A stretch of DNA of 58,771 bases, taken from contig CALPUT020000001.1 in the NCBI GenBank assembly GCA_943326825.2, forward strand, positions 1 to 58,771. Direction: 5' to 3'. Numbering within the stretch: the first letter of the stretch is position 1; the number at the start of each line of letters is the position of its first letter. Source of the stretch: Chryseobacterium gleum. GTDB taxonomy: Bacteria > Bacteroidota > Bacteroidia > Flavobacteriales_D > Crocinitomicaceae. This document shows positions 39,222 to 48,669 of the stretch, one piece after another. A model generated the notes under the pieces. The model did not search any database. It was not told the DNA's origin and saw only the letters and a program-made list of their open reading frames with translations. The translations under genes and the position numbers were made by a program.

Positions 39222-39599
39222 ATGTATAAAAAACAAAATAATTCAGATTCACAAGTATTATGCAATGCTGTTGTAGAAGGTATGCAAGAAATGAAAGCAC
39301 AGGAAATTGTCGTTTTAGATTTAAGAGAAATTTCAGGTGCTGTAGCTGACTTTTTTGTTATTTGTAGTGGTGAATCATCTACTCAAGTTGAAGGTATAGC
39401 ATCGTCTGTAATGAGATATACTCGTCAAGAATTACAAGAAAGACCATGGCATACAGAAGGTAAAGGTAATAGTGAATGGGTTCTAGTTGATTATGTATCT
39501 GTTGTTTGTCATGTTTTCTACAAAACTGCAAGAAGTTTTTATGACTTAGAAGATTTATGGGCTGATGCTAAAAGAACAAATATTCCTAATTTAAACTAA
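39222..39599 (+). CDS. rsfS: Ribosome silencing factor
   Basis: KAQEI..LD, DFFVICSG, WVLVDY and FYDLEDLW; -7 element TAGATTTG at 39196-39203. Confidence 0.94.
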   Translation: MYKKQNNSDSQVLCNAVVEGMQEMKAQEIVVLDLREISGAVADFFVICSGESSTQVEGIASSVMRYTRQELQERPWHTEGKGNSEWVLVDYVSVVCHVFYKTARSFYDLEDLWADAKRTNIPNLN

Positions 39600-39608
39600 T
39601 TAAACAAA

Positions 39609-41681
39609 ATGTCAGAAGAAAAAAATAAAAAGAAAAATCCGTTTTCAATTTATTGGATTTATGCAGCTATAGGTATAGCGATTATTGGTTTTCAGTTGTT
39701 TATGAGTTCATCCTCAACAGCTACAATTAATAATCAGCAAACTTTTTTCCAATTAGCTGAAGATGGTTATATTTCTAAAGTTTACATAGTAAATAGAGTT
39801 AGAGCTGATTTTCAATTAAATAAAGATGGTGAAACATTTGTCAAAAAAACTAAAGCAGGTGAAATCAAAAGAATGAGTGAAGCATTTTCTAATAATAAAA
39901 ATATTAAACCCACTTTTGAATTAGAATTAGTTACTGTAGAAAATTTCATCAATAAATTAGATAAAATAAATCAAAAACTCGAGAAATCGAACAAAAATCA
40001 AGTCGCTTTTAGTTCGAAAACAGAACATGATTATTTAGGTAGTATAGTAGGATTCTTATTACCCATTGCTTTGTTAGTTTTGATTTGGTTATTTGTCATG
40101 AGAAGAATGACTGGTGGTTCTGGCGGAGGCGGAGGCGGTGGCCAAATTTTCAATATTGGAAAATCAAAAGCCAAAGTATATGAAAAAGGAAAATCTACTA
40201 ACATTACTTTTCAAGATGTTGCAGGTTTAGCAGAAGCAAAAGTTGAAATTGAAGAAATTGTAGAGTTTTTAAAAAACCCTAAAAAATATACAGAATTAGG
40301 CGCTAAAATTCCAAAAGGAGCATTGTTAGTAGGACCTCCAGGAACTGGAAAAACACTATTAGCAAAAGCTGTTGCAGGTGAAGCTCAAGTTCCATTTTTC
40401 TCCTTGTCAGGTTCTGATTTTGTTGAAATGTTTGTTGGGGTAGGTGCTTCAAGAGTAAGAGATTTATTTAAGCAAGCAAAAGAAAAATCACCATCAATCA
40501 TTTTTATTGATGAGATAGATGCAATAGGAAGGGCAAGAGGAAAAAATAACAGCTTTGGTTCTAATGACGAAAGAGAAAATACATTGAATCAGTTATTAAC
40601 TGAAATGGATGGTTTTGGAACTAATTCAGGAGTTATTATTCTTGCAGCAACAAATAGAGCTGATGTTTTAGATAGCGCTTTGATGAGGGCTGGTCGATTT
40701 GATCGTCAAATTTATGTTGATATGCCTGATATAAATGAGCGTAAAGAAATTTTCGCTGTTCATTTAAAGCCTATAAAATTGGATGAGAAAATGGATGTTG
40801 ATTTCCTAGCAAAACAAACTCCAGGTTTTTCAGGTGCGGACATTGCAAATCTTTGTAATGAAGCAGCATTAATAGCTGCTCGACACGGTAAGCATCATGT
40901 GGAAAAACAAGATTTTTTAGATGCTGTTGATCGTATAGTAGGAGGATTAGAAAAGAAAAATAAAATAATTACATTAAGCGAGAAGAAAGCAATTGCATTT
41001 CACGAAGCAGGTCATGCAACAACTTCATGGTTATTAGAATATGCTCATCCGTTAGTTAAAGTTACTATTGTTCCAAGAGGTCGTTCACTTGGAGCTGCAT
41101 GGTATTTACCAGAAGAAAGAAGTATTACCACAACAGAACAATTGTTAGATGAAATGTGTTCAGCTTTAGGAGGTAGGGCAGCTGAACAATTAATTTTTGG
41201 AAAAATAAGTACAGGAGCTTTAAGTGATTTAGAGAAAGTTACAAAACAAGCATATGCAATGGTCTCGGTGTATGGATTAAATGAAAAGGTAGGAAATATT
41301 TCTTTTTACGATTCTCAAGGTAGGGATTCATTTACAAAACCATATTCAGATGATACTGCTAGAATTATTGATGAAGAAGTAAGTAAATTGATCGAATTTC
41401 AGTATCAAAGAGCATTAAAAATATTGACTGATAACAAAGATAAATTAACAGTTTTAGCTGAAAAATTATTGACTTCTGAAGTTATTTTCAAAGAAGATTT
41501 AGAAGCAATATTTGGTGTTAGAGAATGGTCAGTTGAAGAAGTAGTTTCTATGCATAAAGAAGAGGCTTCGGGAGAATCTAAAATTGATACTAAAGAATCA
41601 AATGATTCTTTAGTTGAAGCTTTACCTTCTGAATTTGATTCATTAGATAAAACTTCAACAAATAATGAAGAAGAAAATTAA
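39609..41681 (+). CDS. ftsH: ATP-dependent zinc metalloprotease FtsH
   Basis: Two TM segments, [21 protein letters not shown] and HEAGH motifs. Confidence 0.97.
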   Translation: MSEEKNKKKNPFSIYWIYAAIGIAIIGFQLFMSSSSTATINNQQTFFQLAEDGYISKVYIVNRVRADFQLNKDGETFVKKTKAGEIKRMSEAFSNNKNIKPTFELELVTVENFINKLDKINQKLEKSNKNQVAFSSKTEHDYLGSIVGFLLPIALLVLIWLFVMRRMTGGSGGGGGGGQIFNIGKSKAKVYEKGKSTNITFQDVAGLAEAKVEIEEIVEFLKNPKKYTELGAKIPKGALLVGPPGTGKTLLAKAVAGEAQVPFFSLSGSDFVEMFVGVGASRVRDLFKQAKEKSPSIIFIDEIDAIGRARGKNNSFGSNDERENTLNQLLTEMDGFGTNSGVIILAATNRADVLDSALMRAGRFDRQIYVDMPDINERKEIFAVHLKPIKLDEKMDVDFLAKQTPGFSGADIANLCNEAALIAARHGKHHVEKQDFLDAVDRIVGGLEKKNKIITLSEKKAIAFHEAGHATTSWLLEYAHPLVKVTIVPRGRSLGAAWYLPEERSITTTEQLLDEMCSALGGRAAEQLIFGKISTGALSDLEKVTKQAYAMVSVYGLNEKVGNISFYDSQGRDSFTKPYSDDTARIIDEEVSKLIEFQYQRALKILTDNKDKLTVLAEKLLTSEVIFKEDLEAIFGVREWSVEEVVSMHKEEASGESKIDTKESNDSLVEALPSEFDSLDKTSTNNEEEN

Positions 41682-41695
41682 TTACTAATATTTTT

Positions 41696-41736
41696 GGATT
41701 CCCACTAGTCATTTTGATTAGTGGGAATCTTATTTT
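41696..41736 (+). terminator. Stem-loop after ftsH (terminator or mRNA stabiliser)
   Basis: About 16-bp stem GGATTCCCACTAGTCA/TGATTAGTGGGAATCT. Confidence 0.65.
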
Positions 41737-41748
41737 AAGAATGTTCCA

Positions 41749-42561
41749 ATGAGTAATGTTTTACAAAGAATAATAACAGGTTCAATTTTTATAACAGTTA
41801 TTATTTTCTCTCTGTGGTATAGTTTAAATGCTACATTTATTGTAATGGGTTTGTTTCTTTTTTTAGGTTTGCTTGAATTTTTTAAATTGTTTAAGAACGA
41901 AAAAAGTATCCAATTAAATTCGATTTTTAATGCTATAGCTCTTTTTACAATTTACTGTATAATAGGTTATTCACTTTCTAAATTTGAACCTCAATTTTCA
42001 ATTTTGACTCTACCAATTTTGTTTACAATATTAATTGTAGAAATTTGGAGAAAGAAAGAGAATCCATTACAGAATCTCGGGATAGTTATGCTTGGATTTG
42101 TATATCTCGTTATTCCTTTTTCCTTAATTCTATTAATTTCTAATTTTAGTTCACATAATAAACCTTTCGTAATCTCTATGTTTTTATTGATATGGACAAA
42201 TGATACGTTTGCCTATCTTTCAGGTAGATTTTTCGGTAAAACGAAATTGTTTGAAAGAATTTCACCAAAAAAAACATGGGAAGGAACAATTGGTGGAATT
42301 ATTTTTACACTAGTAGTAGCATACTTAATAAGTTTTTGGGGAAATAATAATGATCTCAATTTCTGGTTGATTTCAGCTTGTATTATTGCTCCAACAGCAA
42401 TTCTTGGCGATTTATTAGAGTCCCTTTTTAAAAGAAGTTTAAATATTAAAGACTCTGGTTCTATATTACCAGGTCATGGTGGAATTCTAGATAGATTTGA
42501 CGCAATGCTTTTTGCTGTTCCATTTTTTTATGCTTGGTTTGTAATTTATAATTATTTTTGA
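41749..42561 (+). CDS. cdsA: Phosphatidate cytidylyltransferase
   Basis: ISPKKTWEG and KDSG..LPGHGGILDRFD motifs. Confidence 0.95.
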   Translation: MSNVLQRIITGSIFITVIIFSLWYSLNATFIVMGLFLFLGLLEFFKLFKNEKSIQLNSIFNAIALFTIYCIIGYSLSKFEPQFSILTLPILFTILIVEIWRKKENPLQNLGIVMLGFVYLVIPFSLILLISNFSSHNKPFVISMFLLIWTNDTFAYLSGRFFGKTKLFERISPKKTWEGTIGGIIFTLVVAYLISFWGNNNDLNFWLISACIIAPTAILGDLLESLFKRSLNIKDSGSILPGHGGILDRFDAMLFAVPFFYAWFVIYNYF

Positions 42562-42578
42562 AGAATATTAAGTCTATT

Positions 42579-43244
42579 ATGAAAATACACAGAGAAGGTT
42601 ATTTAATTATCACAATTTCAATTGTATTACTTTCAATTATTCATTTGGGTAATCATTTTTTATATCAAAATATTGGTTGGTTGTGGTTATATATATTGTT
42701 AATCATAGGAGAATTAACAATGCTTTATTTGGTTGTTCAGTTTTTTAGAGTACCTAATATAAAATGCGTTTTTGAAGATAACGAAATTATTTGTCCAGCA
42801 GATGGTAAAGTTGTTGTTATTGAAGAGGTTGAAGAAAATGAATATTTTAATGATAAAAGAATTCAGGTATCAATTTTTATGTCTCCATTAAATGTTCACG
42901 CAAATTTCAATCCAATTTCAGGTATTGTAAAGTATGTTAAATATCATAAAGGTTTATTTTTAGTAGCATGGCATCCTAAAAGTAGCACAGATAATGAAAG
43001 GTCAACAGTTGTAATAGAACATTCAAATGGCCAAGAAGTTTTATTTAGACAAGTTGCAGGTGCAGTTGCTAGAAGGATTTGTTATTATATTCAGCCTAAA
43101 CAAGTTGTTAAAACAGGTGATGAATATGGTTTTATTAAATTTGGTTCTAGAATTGATTTGTATTTACCTCTTAATTCTACAATAAATGTTAAAATTGGAG
43201 ATGTTGTTAAAGGAAGAATCACAAAAATTGGTGAATTGATTTAA
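42579..43244 (+). CDS. psd: Phosphatidylserine decarboxylase proenzyme (likely start 42579)
   Basis: PADGKVV, SIFMSPLNVH and cleavage-site motif FGSR. Confidence 0.92.
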   Translation: MKIHREGYLIITISIVLLSIIHLGNHFLYQNIGWLWLYILLIIGELTMLYLVVQFFRVPNIKCVFEDNEIICPADGKVVVIEEVEENEYFNDKRIQVSIFMSPLNVHANFNPISGIVKYVKYHKGLFLVAWHPKSSTDNERSTVVIEHSNGQEVLFRQVAGAVARRICYYIQPKQVVKTGDEYGFIKFGSRIDLYLPLNSTINVKIGDVVKGRITKIGELI

Positions 43245-43283
43245 AAAATACTAAATTAGCTAAACAATTAAATTTTGTATACT

Positions 43284-43505
43284 ATGAAAAAGTTTTTTAT
43301 TGCATTATCGTTAATGTTATTTGTTGGTTCTATGTCAGCTACTGCTTTTGCTGCTTCAACTGGAACTTCTAATGAATTAGTAAAACATGACGATAAGAAA
43401 AAGAAAAAGAAAAAAGGAGCATGTGCCGAAGGTGAGAAATCTTGTTCAAAAAAAGAAGGAGAGAAAAAAGCTTGTTGCTCACATGGATCAACTGAGAAAA
43501 AATAA
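43284..43505 (+). CDS. Small exported Lys/Cys-rich protein
   Basis: Signal peptide ending AFA, poly-Lys run and four Cys; followed by a terminator. Confidence 0.75.
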   Translation: MKKFFIALSLMLFVGSMSATAFAASTGTSNELVKHDDKKKKKKKGACAEGEKSCSKKEGEKKACCSHGSTEKK

Positions 43506-43524
43506 TTCTGAGTAATTTGAATAT

Positions 43525-43559
43525 AAAAAAAATCCGACTTTCACAAGTCGGATTTTTTT
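43525..43559. terminator. Bidirectional terminator
   Basis: A8-TCCGACTT-tcac-AAGTCGGA-T7. Confidence 0.88.
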
Positions 43560-43571
43560 ATGAAATAGATA

Positions 43572-44306
43572 TTATTTAATACTACCAAATACTTTTGCTA
43601 ATAAATCGGTAACTCGTGCAATTGGATCTAGTCGAATTTTATTTTCTTCTTTTTCAACCATCTGAAAAAGACCTTTAATTGCCATTTCAGTTACGTAGGC
43701 ATTTAAATCAGGGTTTATTTTATCTCCTCCTGATATTTTCATTGCTGAATTATATTTATTAATTATTGGATTCCAATAATCAGTCAATTTAACTTTTGAA
43801 ATTGCTTCTTGTACTTTAGGTGAAAATGCTGTAACTAGTTGATAACTAGTGTTATCTTTCAAGTATTTTGTTGCAGCACCATTTCCTCCATTGAGTATTG
43901 CAAAACCATCTTGTAAAGACATATTTGTAATTGCATTTGCAAAAATAGGTAAAGCTTCTTTAGTAGCTTCTTCAGCAGCTCTATTTAGTGTTGTTTCAAA
44001 TTTTTCTACTTGGGAAGTTAATCCCCATTCTAATGCTTTTTGTTTTACTTTCATAGCATCTGCAGGAAAAGGTAATCGAATATCTGAATTTTTCAGAAAT
44101 CCATCACTTACAGATGTTTGAGTAACTGAATTTTTGATTCCAACTTGAAGAGCTTCTTTTAATCCTGAAACTACTTCGTCATTTGTAAGTTGAGGTTTTG
44201 CTGGAGTTGAAGTTGAAATTGTATTTGCAGCTTGTTTTAATTCATCACAAGAAGTAAATAACGCGATTGTTCCTAAAGCGATTATTGGAATAATATTTTT
44301 TTTCAT
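43572..44306 (-). CDS. DUF4197 family lipoprotein
   Basis: Lipobox FTSC; GLKEAL..G, LNRAAE.A, AT.YL and EE.KIR.DP.AR motifs. Confidence 0.88.
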   Translation of the reverse strand: MKKNIIPIIALGTIALFTSCDELKQAANTISTSTPAKPQLTNDEVVSGLKEALQVGIKNSVTQTSVSDGFLKNSDIRLPFPADAMKVKQKALEWGLTSQVEKFETTLNRAAEEATKEALPIFANAITNMSLQDGFAILNGGNGAATKYLKDNTSYQLVTAFSPKVQEAISKVKLTDYWNPIINKYNSAMKISGGDKINPDLNAYVTEMAIKGLFQMVEKEENKIRLDPIARVTDLLAKVFGSIK

Positions 44307-44331
44307 TTTTGATTATTTTTCATCTAAAATA

Positions 44332-44346
44332 ACAAAACTTATACCA
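44332..44346 (-). promoter_or_regulatory. sigma54-like -24/-12 element (TGGTATAAGTTTTGT)
   Basis: GG and TTG at sigma54 spacing, 25 nt upstream of the DUF4197 gene. Confidence 0.4.
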
Positions 44347-44708
44347 ATTATTAAAGTATCAACATTTATTGAATCATTTTTTTATATTTCAATTGAATAA
44401 TGAATTCATTATCAAGAATCAATTGATATTTAGTTTATTGTTTAATTTTATTTATCAATATTGTAGACTACATTTAATTAACTAAAAAAATAGCTAACTA
44501 AAAATTGATTAAGAAAGTAATTTAACTTTTATATGACTGTTATTTAGTATTATACGATAAATAATTTGAGATGATGAAATAAAGATATTCTGTTTGTTTG
44601 TTGAATGTAAAATGTTATTTTGTCATGTTATTTTTTAGAAACAAAATTCTGTTAATAAAATACATCATTGAATAATGATTAATTTGAATTCTACATTCAA
44701 TTTTTTTT

Positions 44709-44716
44709 TACATTTG
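44709..44716 (+). promoter_or_regulatory. sigmaA -7 element (TACATTTG) for gdhA
   Basis: TAnnTTTG 26 nt upstream of the ATG. Confidence 0.65.
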
Positions 44717-44742
44717 CCACGTTTATATTAAACTAATAAGAA

Positions 44743-46098
44743 ATGTCAAATAAATATCAAGCTCAGATCGATGCATTCATGGAAAAAGTGAAAGCAACTC
44801 ATGGTCACGAGAAAGAATTCATTCAAGCGGTTCACGAAGTTGCTGAAGCAGTAATTCCTGTAATCGAAGAAACACCTAAGTATAAAGCTGCAAAAATTCT
44901 TGATAGAATTGTTGAGCCAGAAAGAACTATTTTATTTAGAGTTCCTTGGTTAGATGACAAAGGTGAAGTTCAAATCAATAGAGGTTACCGTGTTGAGTTT
45001 AATTCTGCAATCGGACCTTATAAAGGTGGTTTACGTTTCCATCCTTCTGTTAATTTATCTATTTTGAAGTTCTTAGGTTTCGAACAAATCTTTAAAAACT
45101 CTTTAACTACTTTACCTATGGGTGGTGGTAAAGGAGGTTCTGATTTTGATCCAAAAGGAAAATCAGATAATGAAGTAATGAAATTTTGTCAATCTTTCAT
45201 GACTGAGTTATCTCGTCATATTGGAGCTGATACGGATGTACCTGCTGGTGATATCGGTGTTGGTGGACGTGAAATTGGTTACATGTTTGGTCAATACAAA
45301 AGAATCCGTAACGAATTTACTGGTGTATTAACTGGTAAAGCTCGTAATTGGGGTGGATCTTTGATTCGTCCAGAAGCTACAGGTTACGGTACTGTATATT
45401 TCGCAAAAGAAATGTTAGCTACTAAGGGAGATTCTTTCCAAGGTAAAGTTGTTGCTGTTTCTGGTTCAGGAAATGTTGCTCAATATGCTTGTGAGAAAGC
45501 AACTCAATTAGGTGCTAAAGTTGTTACTTTGTCAGATTCAGAAGGTTACATCTATGATGAAGCTGGTATCGATGCTGGTAAATTAGCATTTGTTATGGAA
45601 TTGAAAAACGAAAAAAGAGGTCGTATTTCAGAGTACGTTGCAAAATATCCTACAGCTAAATTTGTTGCTGGTAAACGTCCATGGGAAGTGAAAGTTGATA
45701 TTGCATTACCATGTGCTACTCAAAATGAATTAAATGGTGAAGAGGCTAAAGTATTAATCGCAAACGGTGTTATTGCTGTAGCAGAAGGTGCAAATATGCC
45801 ATCTACTCCAGAAGCAATCGAAGCTTTTGATGCTGCAAGAGTGTTATTCTCTCCAGGAAAAGCCTCTAATGCTGGTGGTGTTGCTACTTCAGGTTTAGAA
45901 ATGTCTCAAAATTCTTTACGTTTGTCTTGGACAGCTGAAGAAGTTGACGGAAAATTACATGGAATTATGGTTTCAATTCACGAAGCTTGTGTGAAATACG
46001 GAAAAAGAGAAGATGGAACAGTTGATTACGTTAAAGGTGCAAATATTGCAGGTTTCGTAAAAGTTGCAGATTCTATGATTGATCAAGGTTTAGTATAA
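44743..46098 (+). CDS. gdhA: Glutamate dehydrogenase (NADP-type family I)
   Basis: [35 protein letters not shown] and SGSGNVA motifs. Confidence 0.97.
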   Translation: MSNKYQAQIDAFMEKVKATHGHEKEFIQAVHEVAEAVIPVIEETPKYKAAKILDRIVEPERTILFRVPWLDDKGEVQINRGYRVEFNSAIGPYKGGLRFHPSVNLSILKFLGFEQIFKNSLTTLPMGGGKGGSDFDPKGKSDNEVMKFCQSFMTELSRHIGADTDVPAGDIGVGGREIGYMFGQYKRIRNEFTGVLTGKARNWGGSLIRPEATGYGTVYFAKEMLATKGDSFQGKVVAVSGSGNVAQYACEKATQLGAKVVTLSDSEGYIYDEAGIDAGKLAFVMELKNEKRGRISEYVAKYPTAKFVAGKRPWEVKVDIALPCATQNELNGEEAKVLIANGVIAVAEGANMPSTPEAIEAFDAARVLFSPGKASNAGGVATSGLEMSQNSLRLSWTAEEVDGKLHGIMVSIHEACVKYGKREDGTVDYVKGANIAGFVKVADSMIDQGLV

Positions 46099-46126
46099 GC
46101 TTAATCTTAATCTTAATAATATAATG

Positions 46127-46157
46127 AAAGACTGTCAGAAATGGCAGTCTTTTTTTT
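46127..46157 (+). terminator. Intrinsic terminator after gdhA
   Basis: AAAGACTGTCA-gaaa-TGGCAGTCTTT followed by a T tract. Confidence 0.85.
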
Positions 46158-46247
46158 GTGCTAAATTCAAATTGCAAACTACTAAAAGGATTTGTAGACG
46201 AAATAATTTTTTTATATTTGCATCCTAATAGAAATAAAAATTACACT

Positions 46248-47315
46248 ATGCTTCATTCGATTAAACCAGGCGTTGCTTCTGGTGATATGGTTCAAGAGAT
46301 ATTTAGATATGCAAAAGAAAAAGGTTTTGCGTTACCAGCTGTAAATGTTACAGGTTCAAGTACTGTGAATGCAGTATTGGAAACTGCAGCAAAAGTGAAT
46401 TCACCAGTGATTATTCAATTTTCGAATGGTGGAGCTCATTACAATGCTGGTAAAGGTTTGTCAAATGAAGGTGAAAAAGCTGCGATTGCAGGGGCTATTG
46501 CAGGAGCTATTCATGTTCATACTTTAGCTGAAGCTTATGGTGTTCCTGTGATTTTGCATACAGATCATTGTGCGAAGAAATTATTACCTTGGATTGATGG
46601 TTTATTAGATGCAGGTGAGAAATATTTTGCTGAAACAGGTAAACCTTTATATAGTTCACATATGATCGATTTATCTGAAGAGCCAATCGAAGAGAATATT
46701 GAGATTTCTAAAAAGTATTTAGAGCGTATGAGTAAAATCGGTATGACTTTAGAAATTGAATTAGGAATTACAGGTGGTGAAGAAGACGGTGTTGATAATT
46801 CTGATGTAGATAGCTCAAAATTATATACTCAACCTGAAGAAGTTGCTTATGCATATGAAGAATTATCAAAAGTAAGTAGCCGTTTTACAATTGCTGCAGC
46901 ATTTGGTAATGTTCATGGTGTTTATAAGCCAGGTAATGTTAAGTTGACACCAAAGATTTTGAAAAATTCTCAAGAATATGTTCAGAACAAATTTAATACA
47001 GCTGCTAATCCAGTAGATTTTGTTTTTCATGGTGGATCTGGTTCAACTTTGGAAGAAATCAGAGAGGCAATTACCTATGGAGTAATTAAAATGAATTTAG
47101 ATACAGATTTGCAATTTGCTTTTACTGAAGGTGTGAGAGATTATGTTGTGAAAAATGTAGAATATTTGAAAACGCAAATCGGTAATCCTGAAGGTGATGA
47201 TCAACCGAATAAAAAGTATTATGATCCTCGCAAATGGTTACGAGATGGTGAGTTGACTTTCGTAAAACGTTTAGAGAAAGCATTTCAAGATTTGAATAAT
47301 ATTAACACGCTTTAA
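46248..47315 (+). CDS. fbaA: Class II fructose-bisphosphate aldolase (likely start 46248)
   Basis: LHTDHC, SSHMIDLS, FGNVHG and VFHGGSG; -7 element TATATTTG at 46213-46220. Confidence 0.96.
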   Translation: MLHSIKPGVASGDMVQEIFRYAKEKGFALPAVNVTGSSTVNAVLETAAKVNSPVIIQFSNGGAHYNAGKGLSNEGEKAAIAGAIAGAIHVHTLAEAYGVPVILHTDHCAKKLLPWIDGLLDAGEKYFAETGKPLYSSHMIDLSEEPIEENIEISKKYLERMSKIGMTLEIELGITGGEEDGVDNSDVDSSKLYTQPEEVAYAYEELSKVSSRFTIAAAFGNVHGVYKPGNVKLTPKILKNSQEYVQNKFNTAANPVDFVFHGGSGSTLEEIREAITYGVIKMNLDTDLQFAFTEGVRDYVVKNVEYLKTQIGNPEGDDQPNKKYYDPRKWLRDGELTFVKRLEKAFQDLNNINTL

Positions 47316-47353
47316 TTTAGTTTATTATGATAAACGAAAGTAACGACGAAGAT

Positions 47354-48199
47354 ATGAGTTGGTTTAAAAGAAATAAAGAAGGAATTACAACTTCTACAAG
47401 TGAGAAGAAAGAAACTCCAGAAGGTATTTGGCAAAAATGTTCTAACTGTAAAACATTATTTACAGTTGAAGATTTGGTTAAAAATGCTTATGTGTGTGAT
47501 AGATGTTCTCATCACGAAAAAATTGGATCAGAAGAATATTTTAAAATAATATTTGATAAAGGGGAATACAGAGAAATTAATGCTGAATTAACTTCTGGTG
47601 ATCCATTGAATTTTGAGGATACTAAAAAATATGTTGATCGTGTTAAAGCAACTCAAAAAGCAACAGGTTTGACAGATGCTATTAGAACGGTTATCGGGAA
47701 ATTAGATGGTCATGACTTTGTTGTAGCGGCTATGGATTTTTCTTTCATTGGAGGTTCTTTAGGTTCAGTAATGGGGGAAAAAATTGCTAGAGCAATTGAC
47801 GAGGCTATAAAAATTAAAGCACCATTTATGATTATTTCTAAATCAGGTGGAGCTAGGATGATGGAAGCTGGTTTTTCTTTAATGCAAATGGCAAAAGTTT
47901 CAGGTAAATTAGGGCAATTGTCAGAGGCTAAATTACCTTATATTTCATTTTTAACTGATCCAACTACTGGAGGTGTTACTGCTTCTTTTGCAATGTTAGG
48001 TGATTTAAATATTGCAGAGCCAGATGCATTAATTGCTTTTGCTGGTCCAAGAGTTGTGAGAGAAACAATAGGTAGAGATTTACCAGATGGTTTTCAAACT
48101 TCTGAATTTGTTTTAGAACATGGTTTTTTAGATTATATTGTTGAAAGAAATCATTTAAAAGAAATACTTGGTAAGTCGTTGAAATTTTTCAGAAATTAA
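47354..48199 (+). CDS. accD: Acetyl-CoA carboxylase carboxyltransferase beta subunit (likely start 47354)
   Basis: Zinc-ribbon Cys pairs, GGSLG, SGGARMME and PTTGGV motifs. Confidence 0.96.
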   Translation: MSWFKRNKEGITTSTSEKKETPEGIWQKCSNCKTLFTVEDLVKNAYVCDRCSHHEKIGSEEYFKIIFDKGEYREINAELTSGDPLNFEDTKKYVDRVKATQKATGLTDAIRTVIGKLDGHDFVVAAMDFSFIGGSLGSVMGEKIARAIDEAIKIKAPFMIISKSGGARMMEAGFSLMQMAKVSGKLGQLSEAKLPYISFLTDPTTGGVTASFAMLGDLNIAEPDALIAFAGPRVVRETIGRDLPDGFQTSEFVLEHGFLDYIVERNHLKEILGKSLKFFRN

Positions 48200-48239
48200 A
48201 ATAAATCAAACAAACAAGTTGATTTATTGAAATAATGAG

Positions 48240-48247
48240 TATATTTG
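48240..48247 (+). promoter_or_regulatory. sigmaA -7 element (TATATTTG) for rpsO
   Basis: TAnnTTTG 46 nt upstream of the ATG. Confidence 0.65.
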
Positions 48248-48293
48248 CAACGTCGAAAAGTCGACTACATAAAAATCATTAAAAAATATTGGA

Positions 48294-48563
48294 ATGTATT
48301 TAACAACAGAAGTAAAAAAAGAAATCTTCGCTAAACACGGAGGAAACGAAACAAACACAGGTTCATCTGAAGCTCAAATTGCTTTATTTAGCTTTAGAAT
48401 TAACCATTTAACTGGACATTTGAAAAATAATCGTAAAGATTATGGAACTCAAAGAGCACTTCAGTTATTAGTTGGTAAACGTAGAAGTTTATTAGACTAC
48501 TTGAAAAGAAATGATATCGAAAGATACCGTGCTATCGTTAAAGAATTAGGCTTACGTCGTTAA
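48294..48563 (+). CDS. rpsO: 30S ribosomal protein S15
   Basis: TGSSEAQIAL...LVGKRRSLLDYL...LGLR. Confidence 0.98.
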   Translation: MYLTTEVKKEIFAKHGGNETNTGSSEAQIALFSFRINHLTGHLKNNRKDYGTQRALQLLVGKRRSLLDYLKRNDIERYRAIVKELGLRR

Positions 48564-48585
48564 TTAGCGTTAGTTGGATTTATTG

Positions 48586-48631
48586 AAGAGGGGGCAGTCG
48601 AAGTAGTTCGGTTGCCCTTCTTATATTTTTT
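48586..48631 (+). terminator. Long stem-loop between rpsO and pnp
   Basis: About 16-bp G-rich stem (48586-48602 with 48607-48622) followed by TATTTTTT. Confidence 0.65.
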
Positions 48632-48669
48632 ACCGACCATTCAGGTCATACATTTGAAACAGAGAGAAT

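Noticed and set aside
44397..44412. Perfect 16-bp palindrome ATAATGAATTCATTAT resembling a Fur box
   Set aside because: Its centre is one base shorter than the Fur consensus, and a few such palindromes are expected by chance at this AT content.
46100..46117. (CTTAAT)3 microsatellite after gdhA
   Set aside because: Short, non-coding and has no evident function.
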